Below, piece by piece: positions 48,319 to 58,840 of a stretch of 64,000 nucleotides of DNA (positions are counted from its first letter, which is position 1; every line of letters begins with the position of its first letter). The notes under the pieces are model-generated. The model was given only the letters and a program-made list of their open reading frames with translations, searched no databases and had not been told where the DNA came from. Location of the stretch: NCBI GenBank assembly GCA_965261975.1, contig CBDHEC010000008.1:32001-96000 (forward strand). Direction: 5' to 3'. The position numbers were made by a program, and so were the translations under genes. Source of the stretch: Alphaproteobacteria bacterium (GTDB taxonomy: Bacteria > Pseudomonadota > Alphaproteobacteria > UBA6615).

Positions 48319-49119
48319 ATGACAGGCCTGCAACCCATACGTGCGATCGAACGCGGCATCTCCGTGATGCGCGCGCTCGAAGAGTTGGGGACCGCCAGCC
48401 TGCATCAATTACACGAGAAAACCGGGCTGCACCGCACGACCCTGCTGCGCATTCTTGTGACGCTCGAGCAACAGGAGCTGGTTCGCCGTGGGCTCGGCGA
48501 CGGCCTGTACCGGAACACCTTCGGTCTGCGCCGCATGACCGGGACACTGGACGAGTTCGACCGGTTGGCCGAGATCGCCGGCCCCGTCCTCGGCCGGCTG
48601 TGCGAAACGGTCAAATGGCCGTCCGACCTGATGGTGCGCAATGGCGATTTCATGGAGATCAAGGAGACCAGCCGGCGCCAGACACCCTTCCTGATGAACC
48701 GCGACGAGATCGGCCATCAGGTCGCATTCGCCGTGACCGCCGTCGGCCGCGCCTATCTGGCATTCTGCCCCGAACACGAACATGACGAGATCGTCGCCGG
48801 CCTCAGCAAATCCTCCCACCCTGCAGACCAGATCGCCCGCACACCGGAGAAGCTGGAGGCCATCCTCGACGAGGTCCGCGCCAACGGCTACGCCACCCGT
48901 GACGAGTTCTATCTCGGCGGAAACTATGGCGAGAACACGTTCTTCGACGACGGCCTCAGCGCGATTTCCGTGCCGCTCCGGGTCGAAGACCAGGTCCTGG
49001 GTTGTGTCAATCTTGTCTGGATGCGGCAGGCGGTGCCGGTGGAAGAATTTGTCGCGAACCATCTGGCGGATTTACGCGCGGCTGCCGACGAGATCGTTAC
49101 CGCCTATATCGAACCCTAG
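48319..49119 (+). CDS. IclR family transcriptional regulator
   Basis: N-terminal HTH (TGLHRTTLLRILVTL); TAVGRAYLA; VR..GYA; ISVP. Confidence 0.92.
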   Translation: MTGLQPIRAIERGISVMRALEELGTASLHQLHEKTGLHRTTLLRILVTLEQQELVRRGLGDGLYRNTFGLRRMTGTLDEFDRLAEIAGPVLGRLCETVKWPSDLMVRNGDFMEIKETSRRQTPFLMNRDEIGHQVAFAVTAVGRAYLAFCPEHEHDEIVAGLSKSSHPADQIARTPEKLEAILDEVRANGYATRDEFYLGGNYGENTFFDDGLSAISVPLRVEDQVLGCVNLVWMRQAVPVEEFVANHLADLRAAADEIVTAYIEP

Positions 49120-49130
49120 GGACGCCGGCG

Positions 49131-49900
49131 CTATTGCGCCGCGAACGAAAGCCGCCCACCCGCCGGCAGACCAGCGATCTCCGGTGGCGCGATCCCGGCA
49201 ACCTCGAGAATCATTTTCTTCAACACCGCCTCGGCAAAGCTGATCGTCTCGTCGACGGTCACGACAAAAGCCCCCGTGCCGCCAATGATCTGTTCGCGGA
49301 ACTCCTGCTCCAGCGAGACCGCGCGCGGCGGGCGGGTGCTGCCCGGCCGGCTGATGGCCAGGCCATTGATCGTGATGCCCGTGGCGACCGCATTGCCGCG
49401 CGCCAGGGCCAACGGCATCCCCCCGATATTCCCGGCATCGGCGGAGATATCAATAATCCGCCGCGCGCCGCGATAGGGGTTGGCCTCGATCAGATTCTGG
49501 GAATAGGCAATGGCGTTACTGATCGAGTTAAATCCCCAGGCCTGGCGCGGGGCATCGACCAGCGCGGCGCCGAACGCGGCCGCCGATTCCGGGCCGTCGA
49601 TCACGGTCTAGTCCACAATCGTGTGCTGAGATTCCGCACTGCCCCACTCGACATAGGCAATCACGCTCCGACCATGGATGCCGCCGGTCAATAATTCCAG
49701 GACACGCGGATTGCGCACGGCATCGGCATAACCTTCGCGCTGCAGCGCCAGTTCGGCATCGTCGATGGACCCCGAGCCGTCGGCCGCAAGCACAAGTTCA
49801 AGATCGACCGGTTGCTGCGCAGCAGCCATACCGGCAGCCAAGGTGCCACCGAGGATCACCAGCGCGGCGGCAATTCTGTTTATCTGTTGATAAATGACAC
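49131..49900 (-). pseudogene. DUF1194 (vWA-like) protein with internal TAG and a probable N-terminal frameshift
   Basis: VDLELVLAADGSGSID..LQREGYA and IDISAD motifs span two ORFs in the same frame separated by TAG at 49608-49610; 8-bp tandem duplication at 49875-49890. Confidence 0.75.
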
Positions 49901-49993
49901 CTCTCCCCTGAATGGCGCCCGCGTGAAGACCGAGCATTCCCTACCCACAATAGAAGCTCTATTCTCGATACGCACCCAACAAGGCAGGCTACC

Positions 49994-50539
49994 ATGCGCA
50001 TCTCCGAAATCGACCCCGACACCCTGACCGCCGAACAGAAAGAAATTTATGACAGGATCACCGCCGGCCCTCGTGGCCAGGTGCGCGGCCCCTATCACGC
50101 CTATCTCCTGCATCCCGGCGTGTGTGAAGGGGTCGAGCGGATGGGACACTTCCTGCGCTTTGCAGCGACCTTGCCCGGAAACCTGCGCGAGCTGGCGATC
50201 CTTGTTGTCGGACGCCACTGGAAGGCCGAGTTCGAATGGTTCGCCCATGCCCCCATCGCCATCCGCGAGGGACTGTCCGAAGACATCGTCGAAGCGATCC
50301 GCGCGGGAACGCCCCCCGGCTTCGCAAACGATGACGAGGCGGCTATCTATGGCTTCGTGCGCGCACTTCTCGAGACCGGGCGGGTCGACGACGATGTCTA
50401 TGCCGACATGAAATCGCGCTTCGGCGAAGATGGCATCGTTGAACTCACGGGGATCGTCGGCCACTACACCGGCGTGGCAATGACCCTCAACAGTTTCGAG
50501 ATCGTGCCCCCCGACGGCGAGCGGCCGACCTTCCCCTAG
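49994..50539 (+). CDS. Carboxymuconolactone decarboxylase/AhpD-like family protein
   Basis: GPRG.VRGP, RELAIL, FEWFAH and VELTGIVGHY motifs. Confidence 0.87.
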   Translation: MRISEIDPDTLTAEQKEIYDRITAGPRGQVRGPYHAYLLHPGVCEGVERMGHFLRFAATLPGNLRELAILVVGRHWKAEFEWFAHAPIAIREGLSEDIVEAIRAGTPPGFANDDEAAIYGFVRALLETGRVDDDVYADMKSRFGEDGIVELTGIVGHYTGVAMTLNSFEIVPPDGERPTFP

Positions 50540-50554
50540 CCGCCGGCAGCGCGC

Positions 50555-51736
50555 CTAGAAAATCTCGAACAGGCCGGCCACGCCCATGCCGCCGCCGACA
50601 CACATGGTGACGACGGCGTTCTTGGCACCGCGACGATGCCCCTCGATGAGCGCATGCCCGGTCATCCGGTTGCCGCTCATGCCATAGGGATGCCCGATCG
50701 AGATCGAACCGCCATCGACATTGTATTTTTCCGGGTCGATGCCCAGCGTGTCTCGGCAATAGAGCGCCTGGACAGCGAACGCTTCGTTCAATTCCCAAAG
50801 GTCGATATCATCGACGTTGAGGCCATTACGCTCCAGCAGGCGCGGTACGGCAAACACCGGCCCGATGCCCATCTCGTCGGGCTCACACCCGGAAACGGCC
50901 AGGCCGAGATAGCGCCCGAGCGGCTCGAGACCGCGCTGCTCGGCGAGCTTCTCATCCATCACCACGCACGCGCTGGCACCATCGGAAAGCTGGCTGGCGT
51001 TTCCCGCAGTGACCGACCCGCCCTCGCGCACGGCGCCGAGGCCGGCCAGGCTCTCCGAGTTCGTCGTTGGCCGGTTGCATTCGTCACGATCAAGGGTCAC
51101 AGCCTTCTCGCTGACCTCGCCGGTCTCCCGGTCCTTCACCATCATGGTTGTCTCGACGGGGACGATTTCATCGTCGAAACGGCCCGCCTGCTGAGCCGCT
51201 GCGGTGCGCATCTGGCTCGACAAGGCATACTCATCCTGGCTCTCGCGGCTGACGTCATATCGATTGGCCACCGTCTCGGCCGTGTCGAGCATGACCATGA
51301 AGATCTCGGGTTTCACATCGCGCACATGAGGGTCCTCGACCCGCATATCGGCCTGATGCGCCGGGTCCAGGGCGCTGATCGCCTCGATGCCTCCGGCCAC
51401 GGCGACCGGCACCTTGTCCATGACCACGCGGTTCGCCGCCGAGGCAATCGACTGCAGGCCCGACGAACAGAAGCGGTTGATCGTGGCCGCGCCTGCGGTC
51501 ACCGGGACACCCGCCCACAACGCCGCATGGCGGGCAAAATTCTGTCCGGTCGCACCCTCGGGGTTGGCACAGCCCATCAGCACGTCTTCAACCATGTCAG
51601 GTTCGATCCCGGCGCGCTCGACCGCGTTCTTGATCGCGATCCCACCAAGTTTCGCCGGCGTGGTGTTGTTGAAAGATCCGCGATACGCCTTCCCGATCGG
51701 GGTCCGGGCGGTGGATACGATAACGGCACTGGTCAT
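50555..51736 (-). CDS. Acetyl-CoA C-acyltransferase (thiolase)
   Basis: NRFCSSG, NEAFA, GHPYG and MCVGGG motifs. Confidence 0.95.
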   Translation of the reverse strand: MTSAVIVSTARTPIGKAYRGSFNNTTPAKLGGIAIKNAVERAGIEPDMVEDVLMGCANPEGATGQNFARHAALWAGVPVTAGAATINRFCSSGLQSIASAANRVVMDKVPVAVAGGIEAISALDPAHQADMRVEDPHVRDVKPEIFMVMLDTAETVANRYDVSRESQDEYALSSQMRTAAAQQAGRFDDEIVPVETTMMVKDRETGEVSEKAVTLDRDECNRPTTNSESLAGLGAVREGGSVTAGNASQLSDGASACVVMDEKLAEQRGLEPLGRYLGLAVSGCEPDEMGIGPVFAVPRLLERNGLNVDDIDLWELNEAFAVQALYCRDTLGIDPEKYNVDGGSISIGHPYGMSGNRMTGHALIEGHRRGAKNAVVTMCVGGGMGVAGLFEIF

Positions 51737-51760
51737 TCTCTCTCTCCTACTGGCAACGGC

Positions 51761-52342
51761 CTAGACATGGCCGAAGCGCCAACGCTCGATTGTAAGGCTG
51801 CGGCCCTCGGGACCACGTGACAGAGGCTCATCGGCCAGCAACGCATCCGCGCCCGCCCGATCATCCATATCGACGACATAGAGTGCGCCGGTCACGGTGT
51901 CGCGCTTGTCATTCAGCAGCGCCCCGGCAAAGACGACCCGCTCGCGATACTTCGCGAGGAAGTTCGACACATCCCCCGGCACATGGTCCGACGATCGCGG
52001 GTCGGTGCGCGCGATGACAATGAACTGGGCCCGTCCCTCGGTCTGGGCATAGTCGCGCTGTCGCACATCGGTCCAGGGCTGCAGCGGCTCGATGTCGATA
52101 CGACGGAAAATCTCGGCTGTCGTATAGGGGTCGGTGTCGATGTAGGTCTTCGCGTCGGCGCGGTCGGGAAAATCAATGACCCTGAAACTGCCATTCGCAT
52201 TCGAGCCATCGCCGACCATCATCGGCCCGGAATACCAGGTCTCGGCCTTGAACTTGTCGAGATGGGCCTTATGCGCCTCGAGGGTCGCTTCGCGGGTCGC
52301 GGCCATGTCCGGCTTGGATACACATTTGATCATCCACTCCAT
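51761..52342 (-). CDS. Tandem YciI-domain protein
   Basis: R.....H..HL..SGP..GS..DPY domain followed by a degenerate second copy (FAGAL..G.L..DEP). Confidence 0.78.
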   Translation of the reverse strand: MEWMIKCVSKPDMAATREATLEAHKAHLDKFKAETWYSGPMMVGDGSNANGSFRVIDFPDRADAKTYIDTDPYTTAEIFRRIDIEPLQPWTDVRQRDYAQTEGRAQFIVIARTDPRSSDHVPGDVSNFLAKYRERVVFAGALLNDKRDTVTGALYVVDMDDRAGADALLADEPLSRGPEGRSLTIERWRFGHV

Positions 52343-52354
52343 GGAAACGCCCTC

Positions 52355-53671
52355 TCAATTCGCCTGCGGCACGGCCTCGGCCAGGCGCGGCGCCACGCGT
52401 GAAACATATCGATCGTAGCCCGGCGTGCCGGCCAACAGCATGCCGATGGGCATATCGCCCGCACCCAGCCCGGACGGCATCGAAACGACCGGCCCGCCAA
52501 GCGCGGTCCAGGGCGCGATGAACCGCCTGTCCCCGGTCCATTCAAGCCCTTCCGGCGCCGTCGCCGGTGCCGCCGGCCAGAGCACCAGGTCGGTCGGTTT
52601 GATTGCCCCCATAAACGTCACACGCATGGCGTCGATCTGGCGACGTTCGGCCTGATAGACCTCGTCGTCGATCTCATTGCCGTCGATGACCGACTGCCGC
52701 AAGGCCGCCCCGACCTGACCCTCGGGAAACCCCAGCAAGCCGGCATGCAGGCGCGCCAGTTCATAGACGGTCGTATGTCCCTGCAGTTCGTTGAGGTCCT
52801 CGAGTGAAATCGGCGATGTCATCTCGACAACATCATGGCCCGCATCGCGCAACCGGGCCGCCACATCGTCACGCGCCGCCATGACCTCGTCGCTTGCCTC
52901 GGACAGAAACGGATCGTTCAACACGACCACCCGCACTTCATCCTCGAGACCCGCGTCCGGCCGGCCATGGGGCGGGCGGACGGCGTCATACATGTAGCAG
53001 GCATCTGCGACCGACCAGCCATACAGGCCCGGCGTATCGTAGAACGGCGCCAGCGGCGCGATACCGTATGTGGCCATGCTGCGGGTCGACGGTTTGAAGG
53101 CGGCAATCCCGCAATAGGCCGCTGGCCGGTTTACCGATGCGACCGTCTGGGTGCCGATTGCCGCGGGCACCATGCCGGCGCCGACAGCTGCGCCCGAGCC
53201 ACTGCTCGAGCCGCCGGGGGTATGCCCGATATTGTGCGGATTCCGCGCCGGTGACGGATCGTAGTAAGCAAACTCGGTGGTGTGGGTCTTGCCCAGAATG
53301 ATAGCTCCGGCCGCGCGCAACGCGGCCACGATCTCGGCATCGGCGGAAGCCGGCTGCACATCGGCGCGGGTTCGACTGTTGCATCGGGTCGGCCATCCGG
53401 CGACGTCGCAAATGTCCTTGATGGCCACCGGAACACCGTGCAGCGGCCCCCGCAACATGCCGTCATTGGCTTCCCGATTCATTTCCGCGGCGGTGGCCAG
53501 CGCCCCCGAGGAATCCACGGAAACCCAGGCCTTCACATCTTCATCGACATCCGCGATCCGGTCGAGACAGGCCTGCACCGCATCCGTGGGCGTATAGCTG
53601 CCCGCTCGGATATCTGCGGCAATATCGACAACCCGCCCGGGTGATGCCGCGAAGGAGACCTGTTTTGCCAT
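52355..53671 (-). CDS. Amidase-signature family protein
   Basis: [19 protein letters not shown] and [16 protein letters not shown] motifs. Confidence 0.92.
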   Translation of the reverse strand: MAKQVSFAASPGRVVDIAADIRAGSYTPTDAVQACLDRIADVDEDVKAWVSVDSSGALATAAEMNREANDGMLRGPLHGVPVAIKDICDVAGWPTRCNSRTRADVQPASADAEIVAALRAAGAIILGKTHTTEFAYYDPSPARNPHNIGHTPGGSSSGSGAAVGAGMVPAAIGTQTVASVNRPAAYCGIAAFKPSTRSMATYGIAPLAPFYDTPGLYGWSVADACYMYDAVRPPHGRPDAGLEDEVRVVVLNDPFLSEASDEVMAARDDVAARLRDAGHDVVEMTSPISLEDLNELQGHTTVYELARLHAGLLGFPEGQVGAALRQSVIDGNEIDDEVYQAERRQIDAMRVTFMGAIKPTDLVLWPAAPATAPEGLEWTGDRRFIAPWTALGGPVVSMPSGLGAGDMPIGMLLAGTPGYDRYVSRVAPRLAEAVPQAN

Positions 53672-53807
53672 GATGGGATACCTTTCAATTCAAACTGCGT
53701 ATCAAGGCTAGCATATCCAAGTCCGGACAGGCAGAATCGCCCTCGGATCATCGTATGCGCAGGTGATGCGCGCACGGCAATGCCCCGGCTGACGTTAGAG
53801 TTTCGAA

Positions 53808-54125
53808 ATGTCGAGAAAAGCGTTCGTTTTGGTCACACTCGGACTGATCATTCTGGCGGCGTGCACGCACCGCCGTGAATGGAGCACACATGATGTTGCG
53901 ATCACATCGGACCCGCCCGGTGCGCGATGCACCTTCGAGCGTGACGGCCTGACCACCCGTCCCAACAAAATTACGCCGTTCGACATCACGCTGACGAATG
54001 TTCCATCCGACATCATCATCCGCTGTTCGCTATATGGCTATCGCCCGGCCGAGACCAGGATTTCCACCCGCTTTCGCGGCACCATCAATTTTGGCTTCGC
54101 GCCGGACCCGACAATTCAGCGCTAA
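53808..54125 (+). CDS. Small hypothetical lipoprotein (PEGA-like)
   Basis: LAAC lipobox; ITSDPPGA.C..TP..C..GY pattern. Confidence 0.6.
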   Translation: MSRKAFVLVTLGLIILAACTHRREWSTHDVAITSDPPGARCTFERDGLTTRPNKITPFDITLTNVPSDIIIRCSLYGYRPAETRISTRFRGTINFGFAPDPTIQR

Positions 54126-54138
54126 CGCAGGCGCGCCA

Positions 54139-55398
54139 CTAGACCGCGAGCGAACCTTCCGGCCCACCAGTGGGATCGAAATGCGGGATCGCCGCGATCA
54201 GAGCCTTCGTATAATCATTGCGGGGTCGGATCAGGACATCCGATGCGGTTCCCGATTCCACAATCCGCCCCTTGTTCATCACGATCACCCGATCGCAAAG
54301 CAGTCGCACGACGTTCAAGTCGTGACTGACAAACAAATAGGTCATGCCCAACTGTTGACGCAGGCGTGCAAGCAACTTCAAAACCACAGCCTGGACTGAC
54401 ACATCCAGCGCCGAGGTGGGTTCATCCAGAACGAGGAGTTTTGGTCGCAGAGCGATCGCCCGGGCAATTCCCACACGCGCCTTTTGGCCGCCCGACAACT
54501 GGTGCGGAAAGCGGGTCAGCAGATGATCGGGCATTCCGACCATCTCGGCCAGTTGCCGTACTTCCAGCTCGATATAGTCGCCGATGGTGATCGAGCGGTC
54601 GAGCAGGATGATGATGCCCGACACGAAGTTGGAGGCGATCTGTTGCAATCCGAAACCAAGGCCGACACCGAGCGCACCGCCAAACACCGCCAGCGCCGTC
54701 AGGTCGATCCCGACGATGTTCAGCAGCAGCAGGAGCATCAACACGTAGACGCCAATTTCGAACAGCTTGGCGATCACCTCGCGGGTGCTGATATCGAGCC
54801 CCGTGCGGTTGCGGATCACCCGCTGGCCGGTGGAGTTGGAAACCCGGCCGAACCAGAACAGCAGAATGCCGAACAGGAATGTTCGCAGAACGGCGAGCAA
54901 CGTGACTTCGATGTTGCCGATCGCGAAGGACACGCTGTCCAGATGACCGGTGACATCGTCCAGCAGCCCAACGATGAAGAGCAGCGCGATCGGCACGCCG
55001 ATCCAGCGCAGAATGAAGATGATGGTCGTACTGGAGATGAAGTGATTGGCCAGGCTGAAGGCCAGGAGAATGAATGCGATGCCTTGGGCGGCGCGTACCA
55101 GCCAGGCCTCGCCGATCATCGATGCGGCAACCGGCGTGACGACGCCGAGGAGCAGTGCCGTGAGAACCGGCAGCACAAGGTCGCCGGCATTGTGGAGCGC
55201 CATCCGCATGTCCAGCAGCGCGCCGGACGTTGGTTCTTCGCGGAAAATCCTGACCCGCGCCTTGATGCCCAGGGTCAGCGCCCATGCCGCCAGGAGCGCC
55301 ACGATCACAAACCCGATCTGGGAATAGAATGTCGGGGACGCGAATTGAACGAGAATGCTTTCCCAAGCCGTGTTCAACTGTTCGATCAATCGATCCAT
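54139..55398 (-). CDS. In-frame chimera: truncated MscS channel plus C-terminal half of an oligopeptide ABC ATPase
   Basis: MscS GALGVGLGFGLQ..SNFVSG..IGDYIELE is followed directly by FPHQLSGGQ, LLVLDEPTSALD, SHDL and YTKAL; no Walker A; junction near 54560. Confidence 0.8.
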   Translation of the reverse strand: MDRLIEQLNTAWESILVQFASPTFYSQIGFVIVALLAAWALTLGIKARVRIFREEPTSGALLDMRMALHNAGDLVLPVLTALLLGVVTPVAASMIGEAWLVRAAQGIAFILLAFSLANHFISSTTIIFILRWIGVPIALLFIVGLLDDVTGHLDSVSFAIGNIEVTLLAVLRTFLFGILLFWFGRVSNSTGQRVIRNRTGLDISTREVIAKLFEIGVYVLMLLLLLNIVGIDLTALAVFGGALGVGLGFGLQQIASNFVSGIIILLDRSITIGDYIELEVRQLAEMVGMPDHLLTRFPHQLSGGQKARVGIARAIALRPKLLVLDEPTSALDVSVQAVVLKLLARLRQQLGMTYLFVSHDLNVVRLLCDRVIVMNKGRIVESGTASDVLIRPRNDYTKALIAAIPHFDPTGGPEGSLAV

Positions 55399-55480
55399 CG
55401 CAAAATTTCTCCAACGGGGCGCTGATCACACGATAGGCGCCTCAACCCCTGCCCACAATCGGATGGGCGCGGACTTTGGT

Positions 55481-56668
55481 TTACCTGTCTTGTGCGAATA
55501 GCACCCCGCGCATGTAGAGATCATCGACCGCCGCGGAATCCATCTCGAGCAACTCTCCCAAAACCTCGCGCGCCGAACCGCCGAACGGGGCGACCCAGCT
55601 GCGGGCACCCACAGCCGCATCGTCCATCGCAAAGGGCGGATTCGGAACCTGGAAACTTCCCGCCCCGTCGGACACAGTCGCGAATGCTTCGCGGTGCGCC
55701 AGCTGGGGGTCGTCGAACAGTTCTTCCACCTCGCGGTAACGCGCGCAGGGCACCTTGCCCGCCATCAGGATGCGCTCGCATTCGGCCGCCGTGCGGGTCG
55801 ACGTCCAACCCTCGACCAGTGCCATGAGATCGGCATAGTTCCGGTTGCGATCGGGATGAGTCAAAAATCTCGGATCCTCGATCCACTCCGGCGCACCCAT
55901 CGCGCGCGCCATGCTTTCGAAGGTGATCTGCCCGCCGGGCGCGACCATCACGAAGCCGTCGCTGGCTCGCACGGGCCGATAATAACCGCGCGGCGTGTCG
56001 AGCGGATTCTGCGCCAGCTGGATTTCATAGACGAGCAGCCAGATGACACTTTCCATCAGCGAGACGTCGATATATCGACCCGCTCCGGTGCGTTCGCGCG
56101 CAAACAGAGCCGCGTTGATCGCCCCGAAGGCCTGCACCGCCGCCATCACATCTGCCAGGAACACCCCGACGAACCCGGGACGGGTCATTTCGGGCTGCTG
56201 CTCCAGTGTGGCCATCTCGTAACCGGAGGCCGCCTGGACGACGGGCGCGTAGGCCGGGTTCTGGGCATCCGGGCCGGTCTGGCCGAAGCCCGAAATCGAG
56301 CAGTAAACAACGTCCGGCCGAACCTCCCGGATCGCCGCATGATCGAGCCCCAACCGGGCCATGACGCCGGGCCGCGCATTCTCGACGACCACGTCGCAAT
56401 GACGCGCGAGATCGAGCGCGATACGGTGCCCTTCGGGTGATTTCAAATCTATTGCCAGGCTGTGCTTGCCGCAATTGAGGTGGCCATAGACCGCGCTCTC
56501 ACCGTCGCGGATCGGGGCCGCACGGCGATTCTGCTCACCGGAGGGCGCTTCGACCTTGATGATCTCCGCACCCAAATCGGCGAGTTGGCGCGTGCAATAA
56601 GGCCCCGCCATCATGGTCGTAAAATCCAGCACCCGGATGCCGTCGAGCAATCCCGTCATGGACACCAT
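55481..56668 (-). CDS. CaiB/BaiF family III CoA transferase
   Basis: L.GIRVLD...MAGP, DLGAEIIKVE, N.GK, VENARPG and SISGFGQTGP motifs. Confidence 0.93.
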   Translation of the reverse strand: MVSMTGLLDGIRVLDFTTMMAGPYCTRQLADLGAEIIKVEAPSGEQNRRAAPIRDGESAVYGHLNCGKHSLAIDLKSPEGHRIALDLARHCDVVVENARPGVMARLGLDHAAIREVRPDVVYCSISGFGQTGPDAQNPAYAPVVQAASGYEMATLEQQPEMTRPGFVGVFLADVMAAVQAFGAINAALFARERTGAGRYIDVSLMESVIWLLVYEIQLAQNPLDTPRGYYRPVRASDGFVMVAPGGQITFESMARAMGAPEWIEDPRFLTHPDRNRNYADLMALVEGWTSTRTAAECERILMAGKVPCARYREVEELFDDPQLAHREAFATVSDGAGSFQVPNPPFAMDDAAVGARSWVAPFGGSAREVLGELLEMDSAAVDDLYMRGVLFAQDR

Positions 56669-56691
56669 AAACTCCCGCGCTTCCGCGACAT

Positions 56692-57849
56692 CTACTTGAG
56701 AATATCCCGCGCGATCAGCATGCGCTGGATCTGGTTGGTGCCCTCGAAAATCTGGGTCACCTTGGCATCGCGCATCATGCGCTCCACCGGAAATTCTTTC
56801 ATATAGCCGTAGCCACCCAGAATCTGGACGGCGTCTGTGGTGACCTTCATCGCCGCGTCGCTCGCCAGCGTCTTCACCATCGCCGACAGACCGCCATAGC
56901 CGTCCATCTCTCCCCGGTCGTAACGCGCCGTCACCTCATAGAGCAGCGCGCGCGCCGCCTCGATCTGCATCGCCATATCCGCCATCATGAATTGCAGGCC
57001 CTGAAACTCGGAGATCGGCTTGCCGAACTGCTCGCGTCCCTTCGCGAAGGCCACCGCCTGATCCAGCGCGCCCTGGGCGATCCCCAGTGCCGACGCCGAC
57101 ATGGCGGGACGGTTAAACTCCATGCATTTCATGGCGATCGCGAACCCCTCGCCGTCGCCGCCCACCATGGCGTCGCCAGGCACGCGGACATCCTCGAAGA
57201 AGAAATCGCAGTTCGGGGTGGCGCCGTTGTAGCCCATCTTCTTGTTCTTCGGGCCACGCGTGACCCCGTCCAATGACGTGTCGACAATAAACGCAGACAC
57301 GCCCTTGGCGCGCGGCGCGTCGTTGGTCCGGGCGAGCACCAGCACATAATCGGCCACCGGTCCGCAGGTCACGAAAATCTTGTTGCCCGTGATCAGCCAG
57401 TCGTCGCCGTCACGCACCGCGCGGGTTCGCAGCGCGGCCGCATCCGACCCCGCCTCGGGCTCGGACAGGGCGAAGGCGACGAGAGTGCGCCCTTTCGCGA
57501 GGAGGGGAAAATACTTCTGCTTCTGCGCGTCCGTACCTCCGAACAACAACGGCAGCGCCATGCCATTGCCGTTCTCACCAACCATCACGGACAGGGACAG
57601 GGAGTATTTCGCCAGCTCCTCACGCGCGATGCAGAGCTTGGTGAGCGAACCCTCGGGCCCACCAAACTCCGCCGGTACGCTCCATTGCAGCAGGCCCAAA
57701 TCGCCGAACTTGGGGATCACCTCGTCGGGGAAGCGGTCCTCATGGTCGATCTCGTCGGCGATCGGCGCGACCTCGCGCTCGGCAAACCGTCGGATCTGAT
57801 CCTGGAAGATCCTGTCTTCCTCGCTGAAGTGGATCGGGGTGAAGCCCAT
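56692..57849 (-). CDS. Acyl-CoA dehydrogenase
   Basis: ALSEPEAGSD, REQFGKPI, GGYGY and IFEGTNQIQR motifs. Confidence 0.95.
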   Translation of the reverse strand: MGFTPIHFSEEDRIFQDQIRRFAEREVAPIADEIDHEDRFPDEVIPKFGDLGLLQWSVPAEFGGPEGSLTKLCIAREELAKYSLSLSVMVGENGNGMALPLLFGGTDAQKQKYFPLLAKGRTLVAFALSEPEAGSDAAALRTRAVRDGDDWLITGNKIFVTCGPVADYVLVLARTNDAPRAKGVSAFIVDTSLDGVTRGPKNKKMGYNGATPNCDFFFEDVRVPGDAMVGGDGEGFAIAMKCMEFNRPAMSASALGIAQGALDQAVAFAKGREQFGKPISEFQGLQFMMADMAMQIEAARALLYEVTARYDRGEMDGYGGLSAMVKTLASDAAMKVTTDAVQILGGYGYMKEFPVERMMRDAKVTQIFEGTNQIQRMLIARDILK

Positions 57850-58004
57850 ATTCTTGTTTCCGTTTCAGGCGTGACGGCCCGGCCCCCAAAAGATTGCGCG
57901 GCTCCATCGCGACCATTGGAAAATTGGGCCAAGCAGTCGATTCGCCCCGACAGAAATATGCACAGGACTTTGCGCTCCCCCCAAACGCACAATAAGGTTT
58001 CGCC

Positions 58005-58826
58005 ATGGCCCGCCACCTGACCACGGATCAAGTCGAACGCTATCAACGTGACGGGTATCTGTTCCCGCTGCCGGCGATATCGCCGGCTGATGCACAGCGG
58101 TACCGCATCAGCCTCGAAGCCATGCAAGAGAGCCACCCGGACCTGATGCACGGTGTCGAGGCACAGAAGCTTCACCTGGTGACAACCTGGATGGCCGACA
58201 TCGTGCGGACTCCCGATATTCTCGACGCGGTCGAGAGCCTGATCGGGCCCGACCTGTTGTGTTGGACGTCGACCCTGTTCGTGAAGCCGCCAGACGGAAA
58301 ATCCTTCGTTTCCTGGCATCAGGACGGAAACTACTGGGGACTCGAGAACCCCGAGATCGTCTCGGCATGGCTTGCGCTAAGCCCGGCCACCGTGAAGAGC
58401 GGCTGCATGCGTATGATCCCCGGCTCCCACCAATGGGACGCGACGGCCCATCACGAGACCTTCGACGACGACAATCTGCTGTCGCGCGGACAGGTGATGC
58501 AGCGTGACATCAACGAATCAGACGCCGTCGACCTGGCCCTGAAAACGGGCGAGATTTCGCTGCACCATGTGAATGTCGCGCACGCATCCAACCCCAACCG
58601 GTCGAACGACAGCCGCATCGGGATCGCGATCCGTTACGTGTCGCCAAACGTGCGCCAACAGTTGATCGAAAAAGACAGCGCAACCCTCGTGCGCGGCGCG
58701 GACCGGGTGGGCAACTTCGAGCATGAAGAACCGCCCGCCCATGATTTCGAACCTACCGCGATGCGGCGGCTGGCGCAGGTCGTTGCCCGGCGCAACGCCG
58801 CTGTTTATCAAGACACACCCGAGTAG
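58005..58826 (+). CDS. Phytanoyl-CoA dioxygenase (PhyH) family Fe/2OG enzyme
   Basis: WHQD, IPGSH and H.S.PN.S...R motifs. Confidence 0.9.
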   Translation: MARHLTTDQVERYQRDGYLFPLPAISPADAQRYRISLEAMQESHPDLMHGVEAQKLHLVTTWMADIVRTPDILDAVESLIGPDLLCWTSTLFVKPPDGKSFVSWHQDGNYWGLENPEIVSAWLALSPATVKSGCMRMIPGSHQWDATAHHETFDDDNLLSRGQVMQRDINESDAVDLALKTGEISLHHVNVAHASNPNRSNDSRIGIAIRYVSPNVRQQLIEKDSATLVRGADRVGNFEHEEPPAHDFEPTAMRRLAQVVARRNAAVYQDTPE

Positions 58827-58840
58827 CATCCGAGATTTCC

